Shown here piece after piece: positions 51,906-64,000 of a stretch of DNA of 64,000 bases. The stretch is taken from positions 3,820,747 to 3,884,746 of the forward strand of contig SMSO01000037.1 of NCBI GenBank assembly GCA_004764695.1, read 5' to 3'. Each line of letters starts with the position of its first letter. Positions within the stretch are counted from its first letter, which is position 1. The position numbers and the translations under genes are program-made. The notes beneath the pieces were generated by a model. That model ran no database searches, was not told the DNA's origin, and saw only the letters and a list, made by a program, of their open reading frames with translations. This DNA is from Schizochytrium sp. TIO01 (Eukaryota > Protista > Bigyra: Labyrinthulomycetes).

Positions 51906-53563
51906 TTTCCTTCGTTTAATCCTTCACTCATCCATTCATTGATTCACTCACCCATTGATTCATCCGTTCGCTGAGGATTCTCGTTCACAGTATTCTGATC
52001 TCTTCGTTTGCTTGTTCATGAATCAGTACGGGGGGTGGATGATACTTACTCACTCTAGCCTCTGGCCTAGAGGGGCTGACTGGCACACCTGCCAGCGGAA
52101 ACCGCAGACCTGGCGATGCCGGGAAGCTCGCCTCACGCATCGTGCGAAGGCAGCCACTGTGATTGAGCAGCCTTGCTCTCCTCCAGTTCAATTAATTCAC
52201 GCACGAATTCCATAAACAGCAAGCATAGCAAGTAAGCAAACAAGCCAAAGTTGACTTGAAGGGAATCAAATTGAAGTGGGGCTTTGCAACAAGATGAAGA
52301 ACTCCAGCGCATGCAGTGGATGGATGAGCAGCTAGCTATCTCATAGGGCAAAGCACGAATGACTTCAGTAGTTCTAGGGAACTTCTTGGACGATGATTGC
52401 GTTCTTCCTACGAGAACGATGAGCGAATTACTCGAGTCACTCATACAGCGGATATAACATATATAGGCGGGCATCGCGCATTCTCGACAAAGCGAGAAGT
52501 AGTAGTAGTAAATGGAGTAAATGTGGAGCTATGATTGAAAAGCGGCCTGCTCCCAGAGGCTGACCCAAAACAATGGTAGCAGTGAAACCGAGTGTAGCAG
52601 CAGCAGGCGCACGGAGGCTGGCTCCGACGAGAGACTCAGCGAGATGCACGCAGAGCTCTGGGTGGAAGTGAATGTGCTTCAAGCAAGTTTTGGGTTCTCT
52701 ACGCCGTTTAGTGCGCTTTCGTTCGTTTATTTGGTTCTTTGTTTTTTCGCTCTTGAAATGCGTTGCGCAGCTCGTCGAGGGTCTTGGGTAGTTCCTAAGG
52801 ACCCGCCTATCTATTCGTACATACATCGCTAACTTAGCTGCACGTGCGCAGGAATGGTCACGTCCAACCAGATTCCTCCCTTCGCAAAGACCGCAGATGC
52901 CTCGACGCAAGAGCAGAGAGGGCCTTGAAACGCGGGCGCGTTAGCAGTAGCCAAAGCCCCGCCTGTCCAGCAAATGCCATGACTGACACTCAGGGACGCA
53001 CGCCGACTTCGCTGCCAAACCGCGCAAGTCCTCCGATCGAGACGCCCTCATTGCGGCGGTTCTAGCAGTCTGTGTCCTGAAGTTATGAAGTTCTCTTATA
53101 TCCGCCTATCTGTCCACAGGATCATGATCAAGAACAGAAACTGAGGGACCTTGGAACTCTGCAGCAGACGCAACCCCGTGGCAAGAAGGTCACAACGCCG
53201 CCGTCAGAAGCTGCTGCCAACAGCTTCTAAAGGTGCCAAATGGGGCGCCGCAGCAGCAGCAGCGATGGCAGGTTTTGAGTCGAAGGCGCTGTTGTGCCTC
53301 GCTTTTCAGTGTTCTCTTTCCCTCCGTCCTTCTTTCAGTTCGCTCGCCGGGCCTGAGAACACCCCCTATGCTTCCTCCCAATCAGCTGTTCTTTCTTGTG
53401 GTGCACACCCTTCCGCGACTCGAGATTTCAAGTGGCCGAAGAGCGCAAACCACGAGTTCGTTTCCAGGGAGCTACGCGCGATTCGATTGGCCACGGACGG
53501 CTGTCCCAGGCCCGCAGAAGTCAACTGTTTTCTCGAAGAGATGCGAGCGAATCCACAGAAAGA

Positions 53564-53599
<36 letters not shown>

Positions 53600-55701
53600 C
53601 AAGCCAAGCACATCTGGGACCAGAAACGAAGGGAGGAAGCAGCGCGTTTTCCAGCAGAAGCCCTCCATGTCTTCGTGGCACTAGGGCCAGCTAGAGGTTC
53701 GCTAGGAACCCACCCGGCCGTCGTCGAGATTGCAGTTGCAGCTGCGCCTTTGATGCAGGCAGCCCTTTAGAACGTGGTACGAGGGTCGAGCGGATCTGCG
53801 GCGGCGTTGTTTGCGTTGCTGACAACGAGTATTGGCCAACCTGAACTTGTTCTTGCCGTTGCCGTTGCTGCGGCTGCGGCTGCGGCTTTTCTTAGTTTAG
53901 CTTCTCGCGAGAGGCGGAGCTGCCGGGAGAAAGGAAAGCGCAGCAGGGCTCTCGACGCGCTGTCTATCGCTGAAGATAGGATAGCATATGCGTCAAAGCA
54001 GCAGGCAGAACGTTCTTTTGAAAAGGATCGAAGCTAGCTAGCTAGCTCTAGAGTGCGATAGGCCAAGCAAGATGAGAACGGAGACACTCGTAGTGGTACT
54101 TACTTACACGGCGCTTAGAGAGAAGCGGAACGGGTAAAGCACCCCGGGCTTGTTGCGGCCCCTTTGGGGTCACAGAACTGGAAATTCCGCAAAGAGCATT
54201 TCTGCATCTTCTGTTCTTTGTCTTTTTCCTTATCGTTTTCCAAGCTTGAATTATCTTCTACATTTTTAGATGGTTTATGAAACGATACAGGAAAGGAATA
54301 ATTAGAGGGTGAAGGGCTGCGATATGGTACGTGTGTATGTATTCTTGAGTGAAACAAAACAAAACTATTTGATGGCGGAACGAACCCTCTTTCTTTCTTG
54401 CTCTTTTTTTTTTTTTTTTTTTTTAAAGTTAAATTTATTGTCTAAATAATTTTATTTATTTTTTTAATATAGGTAATTATAAAAAGATGTTAAGTCAAGA
54501 ACATGAAATTAGCATTCAAGAGTTCAAATTATATACTTTTTCAAAGTTAGTCAATAGCTTTCCATATTTGTTAGAGGCCTAGGCTAGAGCAAAAGAGAAA
54601 ATGTTTCTGTTGCCATGATGATGTTGGTCTGATTTTATCTGTAATAGTGAAACATTTTCAGAATCAGGTACGTGACAATGATGAGCACGAAATGAAATGA
54701 AATGAAACTCAAACGCAGGGGTTGTTTGAAATCGCCGCGTACCGAGCTTGTAGTGTAGTAGGTAGGTAGCAGAAATGACTGCCAAAGCACTACGCTGAGC
54801 AAAGGGCCTTCCTCAGTCGTTATCTTTCGACGGTGCCATAACGTCGTCGGGTTCGAGTGAGTGTGAAAGAAAGAAGGAAACAAATAAATAAATAAAGAAA
54901 GAAAGACGCTTGAGAATATAATATAGTAGACACAGTAGAGAGAGTTCGCACGATTCGATTCGACTCGATTCAATGCTGATTGAAATGATAAAGTAAACCT
55001 GATTGACAGCTATATCGCCGCTCCAAATGTTATCTTTCTGCTCTTTAGAGATGACGCAGATGTCCTTGAGTTGCTCCTTCCTTCACCGTGACGTGCCAAT
55101 GCGATCAAAAGAACCTCAGTTGCTTCGATTTGTCTTTGACCTCCATCAGAACTGCACTGCACTTCTCAGTCCGAGTTAGAACTACTAACTCAGTTGTCTG
55201 TCGTCATAAACTTTGAACAAGTGAAGTTGAGAGATAGAGACGGGCTCAAAAGAGCGCCGTTTTCAGGGCCTGTGAAACAAGCGCGACACGAGATGGGTTT
55301 TCTCAGCTCTGGCCGCCTGACTGCTTGAAGTTGACGCCCCCCTCTTTAGGCACCTGGGTATAGCTGCGCCTCAGGAAAGATCAGTTCTGGAACGAACGCG
55401 GAGAGACACGTTGGGCGTTGCAATATATAAATCATTCCTGCAGATGGACGACAGAGAGACGGCTCTCCAGATGTCAACAAGTACTTTTAGTACCAAACTA
55501 TTATCATCACCGGCCTACAATGAGCGATTGTTTAGGCTTGAGCTTTGTTTTAATTAAACCGATCTTGCTAAGAGATTGTAACTTATTCCCTCTTGACTCC
55601 TCTGCCTGTTATTTGGCAAGAAAGAAAAGAAAAGAGAGAAAGAGAAAGATCTTTTGTTCAAGAATCTTGAAAACCTTAGTTGGCTAATGTTTGAAGTATT
55701 T

Positions 55702-55757
55702 CAAACAAACAAACAAACAAACAAACAAACAAACAAACAAACAAACAAACAAACAAA
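55702..55757. repeat. (CAAA)14
   Basis: Direct reading. Confidence 0.95.
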
Positions 55758-56574
55758 AAGATAGAGAGAAAGGTGTCGCGCGTGCGCCTCATAAGATTAA
55801 GACAGCCTCCCCCCAAAACGAAGCCTGGATGTACTTGCTAGTTTACTAAGTTTCAAAGTTTTAAAAGTTTTAAGAAAGAAAGAAAGAAAGAAAGAAAGAA
55901 GAGACAGCTCGCGCTTGCTCTTTTCAAACAGACTGCATCATTTCATTAAAAAAGGAACTCGTTCTTGAAGAGCGCCTCGACGGGAGAAGAAGGAGATTTG
56001 AAAGAGGCCAAGCGAAACTTCAAGTCCTATTCGAAAGGGGACAGACTGCGTGGCAGGCAGCTCGGAAGCGGCTCTTCTCTCGCCAGGGAACGCCGCGTCG
56101 CTCGTGCAGACGACGGGTAATCATCCAAACCCCCTCTCTCTCGCTCTGACAAAACCACGTACGCATCATCGTCGAAAGAGGCCATGAAATCGGAGACCGG
56201 AAAACGCACGCCGCACAGAGGAGGCAGCGCTTGCTTGCCTCTGTTTTGTCTAAAGCTCTTGTTGTTTGTTCTTCTTTGTTCTGGTGCTTGTACTTGTTCT
56301 TACGCTGCACATGACAGGAATGCACCGCCTCGAGTGAATTTGATTGATTGATTTTGATTTATTTTGTGATTTGAGGTAGAATTCACTTTCAGGCTCAGTT
56401 TCAAGCGAATTGGAGTGTCGCTGCGCAGTCAGTGTTGAGGGAGCGCAGTCAGTGTTGTGCATTACGCGCTGTATAAGGAGTGCAAGGCGCGAACAGAGTG
56501 CGCCGCCGTGTGAAATCGCTCGAGTTCTGAAGTTCCAAGGTCGAGATGCGCGACGGTAGATAAAACGAGGATGG

Positions 56575-56607
<33 letters not shown>

Positions 56608-58863
56608 CAGAAGACAGCTTCGAAGAGATCGAGGGATCGATGGATTTTGATCGATGGAATTTGATTGAATCTGATCGATTGATTGATCGATTGACTGATG
56701 ATTGATTGAATGACTGTGCACGGTCTGTAAAGCGCCCCGAGCCGGGCCAGACGAGCGAAGAAGCGAAGGAGCGAAGAGGTAGAAGACTGACTGACTGACT
56801 GACTGACTGACTGGGTGGTGTTGTTGAGTTGAAGCGGCGGAGGCGGCTCTCCTACATTCCAAGTGATCTTCTCGGGAGAAGGGCGAGCAGAAAAGGCTCC
56901 TTGCAAAAGCACCGCGAGCAGCAGGCAGGCAGGCAGGCAGGCAGTCTACGAGCGCAAGTCCCGGCGGGAACGGGAAGGAAACGGCCTCGCTCAAGAGTTC
57001 GCGATGAGATGAGGATGAGGATGAGGATGCGGCAGGCCCCTCCTTTTCAGAGGCAACCGAGCAGAGCGCAGCGTCGATGCTCGCATGCAACTAACTCACT
57101 CGTGATTCTCTCTCTCGCTGGAAGGACTGATTTGAAATGATTATCTACAGGTGGAAACCCCGCGCCATCCTTACAGTGAACCTGACGCCGTGGCCTGTGC
57201 CGCTGGCCCAGCTGCCGCGTGCTGGCAGCGGCCGAGGTGACGAGCAGCGAGAGGCGAGAAAGCCTGAGGGTGATGGAAGCATCGTCTCTGCGCCTTTGCT
57301 TCTTCAGCTAGGGCAGACAGAGTTAGTTCTTGAGATTGCCAAGTGAGTGCGAAACTTCTCTCTTTGCTCTCTTTGCTCTCTTTGCTCTCTTTGTGTACTC
57401 CAGCGCTTTCTTTGTAAACATCATATAAAAGCCATTGCAACTATTCTTTTTAGAAGAGACAGACAATGAGCAAAGTAAGTACTCCCAAGCAAGCTCTCTT
57501 TCTTGAAGCGGCGCTGATGGTCTGGGACAGCCATATGCCTACGGGATAGCTAGTGAGAGTCACGGCGCCCACTGGACTTGGATGCGCGAAAAGAATACTG
57601 GCCGCATTGCAATAACGTCGGATTTGGGCAAACTTTTGGGGAATTTTAATCTTGAGTCTTGGGCAAAGCTAAATGACACATCGTATGTTTTGCAAGCATA
57701 TCCTTTTTTGCAAAAAGATCATCTCCGAGTCTTCTTCTCTTTTTTTTTTTTTAATTTTAATAAAAATAATTAAATGAAAAGATGGAAAAATAGCTGTTGA
57801 TTTAGGTAGGCCCGAATTCTTTTCTTTTCTTGAAGTTTAGAAAAAACAAGAGGCACCGACAGGAACGCGGTTACAGTGAAAACGAAAAAACCACTTCACT
57901 GTTCTTCCTGTTTTCCCAATACAGACAACCTCAGGCTGAGGTCACATGCGTTATGTTTTACAGAAAATGAATGTCCTTTTAAATAACGCACTCTTCACTT
58001 TTCTCCGTTGGGAGGATGGAAGATAAGCCAGGTACTTACTCTTCAAAGGTCTTATGAGATGAAAGCAAGCAACTTGCGATTCAAGAACCAACGCCAAAGT
58101 CGCGCAAAGAAAACAAAAATATCCAATGACCTTGTGTGTCGTGTAAGATATTTTTCCCGTTCAAATGCGCTCCAAACATTGCCTCAAAATGTTTTCGACT
58201 TCAGAGATTGAGACATGAGACCATTCCAGTTAGAGTCAGCGGTAGAAAACAAAGAAAGAACCGCTCCAAGATATTTTAAATATCCTGAGCTCAATGACAA
58301 TCTTTGAAGTCACGAGTTCTTCGCATGATCTTTCTCAAACTCTGACAAGAAGGTATTAAAAGTCGAACTTCAACGCAAACCTGCAGGCAGGTATCAACAA
58401 TTTATAAAAGCAACAACGTCGATTGAATAAAGAACCTGTGCATCTAGGTTTCGTTGCCTTAGCTCCCATTCAAGATTCATAAAATGTGCGAGGCACTTCC
58501 TTGTTTGCGCTACCTTACGCCGGTGCAGTCTTAACTCTCCAAGTCAAACCCCCCTCTACGACAACAAAAACGTGCCTAGGCTAGGATAATGATGGCGAAG
58601 GAGGCGGCTCTCTTCCCTTCTCTTCTCTCCCCTCCCTTCCTGGGAACTGAGGCAGAATTGACTGCCTCCTCCGCAAAAGCGAAACGTCATCAAAGTAGCA
58701 GGAGCAGGCGAGATTGAGTTCTGCAGAGACCGCCGTCGTCTGCCCGGGACCACCGACTTGAGCGAAGACCCAAGCAATCAATCCTCCGAAGAAAACGCCA
58801 CACCGCACGCCGCTCGAATGCTCGTGCGAGCTCGAAGACAGCTGCGCTGCTTGCTTGCTTGCT

Positions 58864-58894
<31 letters not shown>

Positions 58895-60624
58895 ATTGTT
58901 ATCGTCTGGCAGCAGCTGATGGAGACCTTTTGATTTGCAAGAACCGCGCGCAACGCAAACTTGGAGAAAATGGGTTCTGTTCTGTGAAAGGGGAACGTGC
59001 CACGTACCGTTCCGCGCGGAACGGTGGAGAAGAAATATGGCGGTGGTGTTTTTCTTTTCTTTTTTCGTCTCTGTTGGTTGCTTTTCCGATGGCGTGAGCT
59101 TTAGAAGCACACGCGAACGGATTGTTGCAGCAGGTGCCGCCGCCGCCTCCGCAGAACGTCCATGGAGCTGGCGAACGTAAAGGCCGGTCTCGACCAGCCA
59201 GCGCGAGCGAGAGTGGGCAGGCGTATTGATTGTTTGAGAGGGCTTTGGGAAAGAACTGCGACGCTGTCCCCGTTTTGCTCTTGCTTGAGGTTCGAGCAGA
59301 TGCCCAGCCGGGCTGTTGAGGGAAGGCTCATGAAGGGCAATGACGCTGCTAAACTGCGATTCCTTGCGCCAAAAACGTCATGAACTTGAAGTGGAGAGAG
59401 AGGGTTCGCTTGCACGCCCACAGGAAGCTCTAGTCAAACGAGCCGTTCCAGCGGCCCTGCTTTTGTTCCCTTTGGTTGTTGTTTCTTTCACTCTTTCTAC
59501 TATGCTGGCTTCGATGATGTTGGAGTGTGCGTGCACAGCAAAGTGAAAGACTCGCAGGGAGGCAAAGGCTTTGGATCATCCTCTAGCTAGCTAGCTCTAG
59601 AGGTAGACTGGAAGGCACGCCAAGAACCAGGAACCCGAAGTGGGTTTTCCTCCCGGTTCTAGCTAGGATGCAAAAGAGACGCTCCGAGAAATCAAGCAAC
59701 TCGAAAAGGGCTCACTCTGCGCAGGTCCCCACGGAGCGCAATTGCACATGGGAACTCGTTTCGTTGGAAACTACTCTGAAGTTTTGGCCTGGGCTGGCTG
59801 TTTGTTGGTTTGTTTGTCTGATCAGTTGATTGTTGGCCAATTTGTTCCTTGAAAGGAACGACCGTAGGCGCGCAATTTTCATCACCAAAGCACGAAATAT
59901 TTGCAGCAACCCGAATTTCACCTTTCCAAAAAATCTACTTCTGGGTTCTGCTAGGTCTATATATAGTGCGATCATTAGGAGTTTGAATACAAAATTACAA
60001 AGGAAGGAAGATCTTTTTTATCCGTACTTTTAATTTCCAATTATTATGTTTTCTTCAAGCCGTGCTGATCTCTCTCTCCCCTCTCGGCGCCCATAAATGA
60101 GTGCTGGCAGCTGTGCAAATTAAGCAACACCAATCTACTTGAGCTGGATAAAAGGTACCTCCCCGTGACTCGGCATTGTCAGCGTTTAAGATCATTCCAA
60201 TGGCGTGGTAGATATGCACGCCTAGGCAACTTCAAGCTATCGCTTTTTAACATCAACGAGCAGCTTCTACCTCACTTTCTCCCATTAATCTGAGAGTATC
60301 TGCATGGTTCCTTCTAGTAAGAGAGGCTAATGTAGCATGACTGGCATGGTGGCTGCTATCAGCGTGCCAGCGAACCGCCAATGGCGTGTAGCTTTGCTCT
60401 CAATCTCTTCAACTTCGCAACTTCGCACAGCACTTCATGCTTGCACAGAACTTCACATGGTTAAGATACGAATATAGGCGTTCCCGAGTATGAATGACTC
60501 AATGTATAATGTGCTACAGCGGCAACTCTCCGATCGGCCTGAATAGACTCCATCATGAACTCTAGTACGAGAAGATAAATCTACGAGAGCAACATTGCCA
60601 AGTGTTTGCGACTGGAATCTACAT

Positions 60625-60683
60625 CAAAGGTAACAGCATTAAGCACTATGTCCAAAGGTAACAGCATTAAGCACTATGTCCAA
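60625..60683. repeat. Exact 28-bp tandem duplication
   Basis: caaaggtaacagcattaagcactatgtc x2, followed by caa. Confidence 0.95.
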
Positions 60684-60951
60684 TCCAAACATATGAAAAT
60701 TACTGTCTCAACGCTAGCTTCTGAACAAGTATTTAACTGTAAAACACAACTGTAAAACATAGGAGAGTAAAGAGAGGCTCAGGTCAGGCCATCGCCTTTG
60801 TAATAAAAAACGTGTGTGAGGTACGCTGATTCGAACTACTTTGGCTAAACTGACCAAAGGACACGCTTCTTCGTAAACCCATGACAATATTCTGGTTGAC
60901 TTTCTGCCTCTATGTGATAACATGCGATTATTAGGAGGGGGTTTTCTGGGA

Positions 60952-62673
60952 TTACAAGTGCTCGTGCAAGTTGGAGACAAATTGCCATGTCTTACGGCAA
61001 ACCTCGCCCTCTAGCTTTTCAAGCAAAGCATTCAGGTTGGCCTGATGCGCCTCAGGAAATCCTCGCGAGGTAGACACAGATACCTCCAGATTGTGAGCTT
61101 CAACACCATTTGCAATATCTGGCAGGTGCATCTTGCCACGGGCCTCTGTCTTAGAGTCTCCTCCGCTACCCACACATTTCGCTTGCCACTTAAGTTTGGC
61201 CTCCATGTCATAGACAGGCGCTGGCTTACCACGCGCCACGACGATTTGCGCGTCACCATCTACGCTCTCAACTTTGCTGATGGAAGCTTCATAGACCTGC
61301 CCAGACACCTCACTTGTAACGCGAACCTTTGCGAGGATAGATTCCAGACCCTCCTGAGCTGCCTTAGAAACATCGCGTTCTTCCCATGTTGTGCCACCTG
61401 CATTCCAAGCCGATGTTGAAGATGCGCTTCGCTTGACGGCCTCGCTTGCATCCCCAGACGCATTGCCATTCCCAGCAGCATTAGCCTTTGAAGCTTCCTC
61501 CGTACTCAGCTTCGCTGGGCCCTGGTTTTGTTTCAGAAGGCGTTCATCCTCTGCCGATCGCTCCGTACGAAAATAGCAGTATCCCTTCTTACGGGTCTCC
61601 TCAAGAATCTTACGGTCCTCCTCATCCAGCTCAATATCACTGTCATCGCCATTCTCCTTACGAGCGGCCTCACGACGGCGACGCTCTTCAACAGCACGTT
61701 GACGACGCTCTTCTGCTTCGCGTTCACGGCGCTCTTTGTCAGCAGCTTCTTGAGCCTTGCGCTCCTCCTCAGCTCGCTTATCCTCCTCCTTGCACCAGTC
61801 TTCGAATGAAAGCTCTGACCCACTCGCTTCAGTGGACTTTTTCCACTCTTCACGGCGCTTGCGTTCTTCTTCAATCTTACGCAAAGCTGCCCGCTTACGC
61901 TCCGCCTCCTTATCTCCATAAACTCCACCAGTTTCTGAAGCCTTCTTGAAGGCTGCAGCGAACTGCTGCTGTTGCGAAGCGCGAGCCTTCTCTAGCTTCT
62001 GCTTCACAGCATTGTATTCGCGAATGGCCTCACGGTTTGAGCGATCCACCTTAAGCAGAGCCACAAGATCACTCTTGGCCTCCTCAAGATCGCCAAGGCG
62101 AGCATAAGCCACTCCACGACGAAAAAGAGCCTTAACACGCTGCTTCTGAAGCTCGTCGGCAGCAAGTTTTTTCGCGTGCTTGCCGTCAAGAGCCTCGATT
62201 GCCTCGCTAGCTAGTTTCTTTGATTCTTTGTGCTTCTCGCTGCGAGATTGCACCAAAGCGCTATTCAACAGAAGGGAGGATGTGAGCATAGTCATTTGTA
62301 CGCAAACCTCCTCGTCAAGGACCGATGCCTCGAGGTCACGGAGAGGCTTGAGTACCTTGAGACCCTTTTCGTAGAACTTGATAGCCTGGGCATTATCCTT
62401 GGACTTAAAGAAATCATTGCCTGAGGATTTGCAGCTTTCAGCGCGAGCAAGACGCTCTTCGGCAGGCCATTGGTCGTCGCCTTCAGGGTCGTCATCAGAA
62501 TCGGAGTCTTCGCTAATCGAGTCTGAGTCAGCGCCCACCTTGTCAAAGCGTGAGTAGTCGTTGGCATCTGCCGCAGAAGATACTTTCGTGTTGCCAGTCT
62601 CGGCCTCCTGCTGGTCCGAGGCAGACTCCGAGAGGGGCTGCTCAGTCGACGTAAGATCTTCATGCGAGGTCAT
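60952..62673 (-). CDS. 573-aa Hsp90 co-chaperone-like protein: carboxylate-clamp TPR domain, charged coiled coil, Aha1 N-terminal-type domain
   Basis: FKBP/Cyp40-type TPR (CKSSGNDFFK, LLLNSAL, VKALFRRGVAY). C-terminal Aha1_N signature SAWNAGGTTWEERD...VESVDGDAQIVVARGK...YDMEAKLKW...GKMHLPDI. Confidence 0.93.
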   Translation of the reverse strand: MTSHEDLTSTEQPLSESASDQQEAETGNTKVSSAADANDYSRFDKVGADSDSISEDSDSDDDPEGDDQWPAEERLARAESCKSSGNDFFKSKDNAQAIKFYEKGLKVLKPLRDLEASVLDEEVCVQMTMLTSSLLLNSALVQSRSEKHKESKKLASEAIEALDGKHAKKLAADELQKQRVKALFRRGVAYARLGDLEEAKSDLVALLKVDRSNREAIREYNAVKQKLEKARASQQQQFAAAFKKASETGGVYGDKEAERKRAALRKIEEERKRREEWKKSTEASGSELSFEDWCKEEDKRAEEERKAQEAADKERREREAEERRQRAVEERRRREAARKENGDDSDIELDEEDRKILEETRKKGYCYFRTERSAEDERLLKQNQGPAKLSTEEASKANAAGNGNASGDASEAVKRSASSTSAWNAGGTTWEERDVSKAAQEGLESILAKVRVTSEVSGQVYEASISKVESVDGDAQIVVARGKPAPVYDMEAKLKWQAKCVGSGGDSKTEARGKMHLPDIANGVEAHNLEVSVSTSRGFPEAHQANLNALLEKLEGEVCRKTWQFVSNLHEHL

Positions 62674-64000
62674 TGTGTCAATAAGCTATGGTCTTGATTT
62701 AGCCACCAAACTTTGTGTTATTATCTATCCCTTGTTTAAGCGGAGGAGGAGGAGGAGGAGGAGAAGAAGAAGAAGAAGTTAGTGGCGTCTTCTACGCAAA
62801 AGTAGAACTACTGTGTTAACCGTGGTGTTCACCAACAAACGAACCACGATGCTCTCCTTGAAGCTCTGGTAAACGCAAAGCTCCACGTGATCTAGGAAGA
62901 TCTGTCAACGACACCAGTAAGTCCAGCGACCAAGCTTTACTCTTAATCGACGATTGGTGAATTACAATTTTACTTGCCCAAGCGGTGTACTTGGCCGACC
63001 CACCACGGTGCTCGCTTTCCTGTTCCTAAGCTTTCCACTAATAGAGCCTCTAGCCCACTTCCTTTCTCTTCCTTCCTTGACAAGCTTATGATCCTGTTAG
63101 AGGAATATGCAGCTCGTATTTTATCCCTTTCCGGACACCAAATCTCCATATTAGTGCTTAGGGAGGTTCAATTTTGGACGCATGCTGCCGACGTTCGCGA
63201 AAACGATGCCAGGCCTAACTGTAGTAGCATCGCGACCGCGCACAAAGGGACTTATATTGGCAGAGCAAAAGAGACTTAACTGCTCCGGAAAGAGGCCCAA
63301 GTCCTTAGCAGGAAGAAAGCCTTGCGCTGCGGAAAGAGGAGAGACCGCCTCGATCTGCACCAAGCTCGAAGGCAACTCGAAGAACTTACACACATACATG
63401 CATGCATACATACATGCATACCTACTAGATGCAGGCTATCCGACATGGTCCATGCGGCCTGGGTTTCAAGCTCGTACTAGACTGTGAACCGCACATGACA
63501 GCAGCAGCAGCAGCAGCAGCAGCAGGAGGAAGGAAAGAAAATAAATAAATAGCCAAAACAGAAGACAGAAGAAGACACAGGCACAGGCAAAACGCCAGGA
63601 GCCAAATCGAGCAACGCGAAGCGATCCCCAACTGTGAACCACTAGATTGAACAGCGGAGGGGGACCCATAAGACGCGCTGATCGAAGCAAGATCCCAATA
63701 GTTGAACCGCATCTTTCGCAATGGAGACTGATTGAATCCCACGAACGGGAACACACCGGGTCCGCTATGCGAAACCACCTTGCGGTTAGAGCGACAGTAA
63801 GACACTTCTAAGACGCAGGACAGTTCAAAAGACAGTGAAAACGCGATCTTCACGATTTCCCAAATAAATAACTGTCTTTGGAAAGTATGATGAAATACCT
63901 TTCGAAGGAACTTGGAGCAGGCAGGCAGGCAAGCAGCAGCAAGGCAGGTGCCCTGCTCGAAAGGCGCCCTCGAAGAAGCGCCCACCTATGGATGCGCTTC

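Noticed and set aside
36440-59550. Many 60-180-codon ORFs in the gene desert
   Set aside because: Low-complexity translations of microsatellites and GC-rich DNA, with no codon bias or domains.

Overview
This is eukaryotic, microsatellite-rich, gene-poor genomic DNA. Uninterrupted ORFs, the protein repertoire and the many tetranucleotide arrays suggest a stramenopile protist, probably a thraustochytrid (inference only). Six single-exon protein genes are well supported: (1) a coiled-coil protein with three CCDC66/CSPP1-like repeats plus a PDZ-like domain; (2) a head-to-head class I SAM methyltransferase with an OB-fold-like N-terminus; (3) a 6-TM TMEM163/cation-efflux-like membrane protein; (4) an RRM plus 2xCCCH RNA-binding protein; (5) a tandem-WW protein; (6) a TPR-Aha1_N Hsp90 co-chaperone. 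Two small candidate genes were also found: a 76-aa protein ending in the peroxisomal signal SKL, and a two-exon 96-aa ORF. A possible decayed gene lies at the left edge. Only about 13% of the window is coding. The rest holds long gene-free tracts, a 516-bp (ACTT)n array, a 9-bp minisatellite, local tandem duplications, a perfect 26-bp palindrome and traces of degenerate MITE-like elements. No rRNA, tRNA, CRISPR array or intact transposase was recognised. All domain calls are by-eye motif recognition, not database hits.
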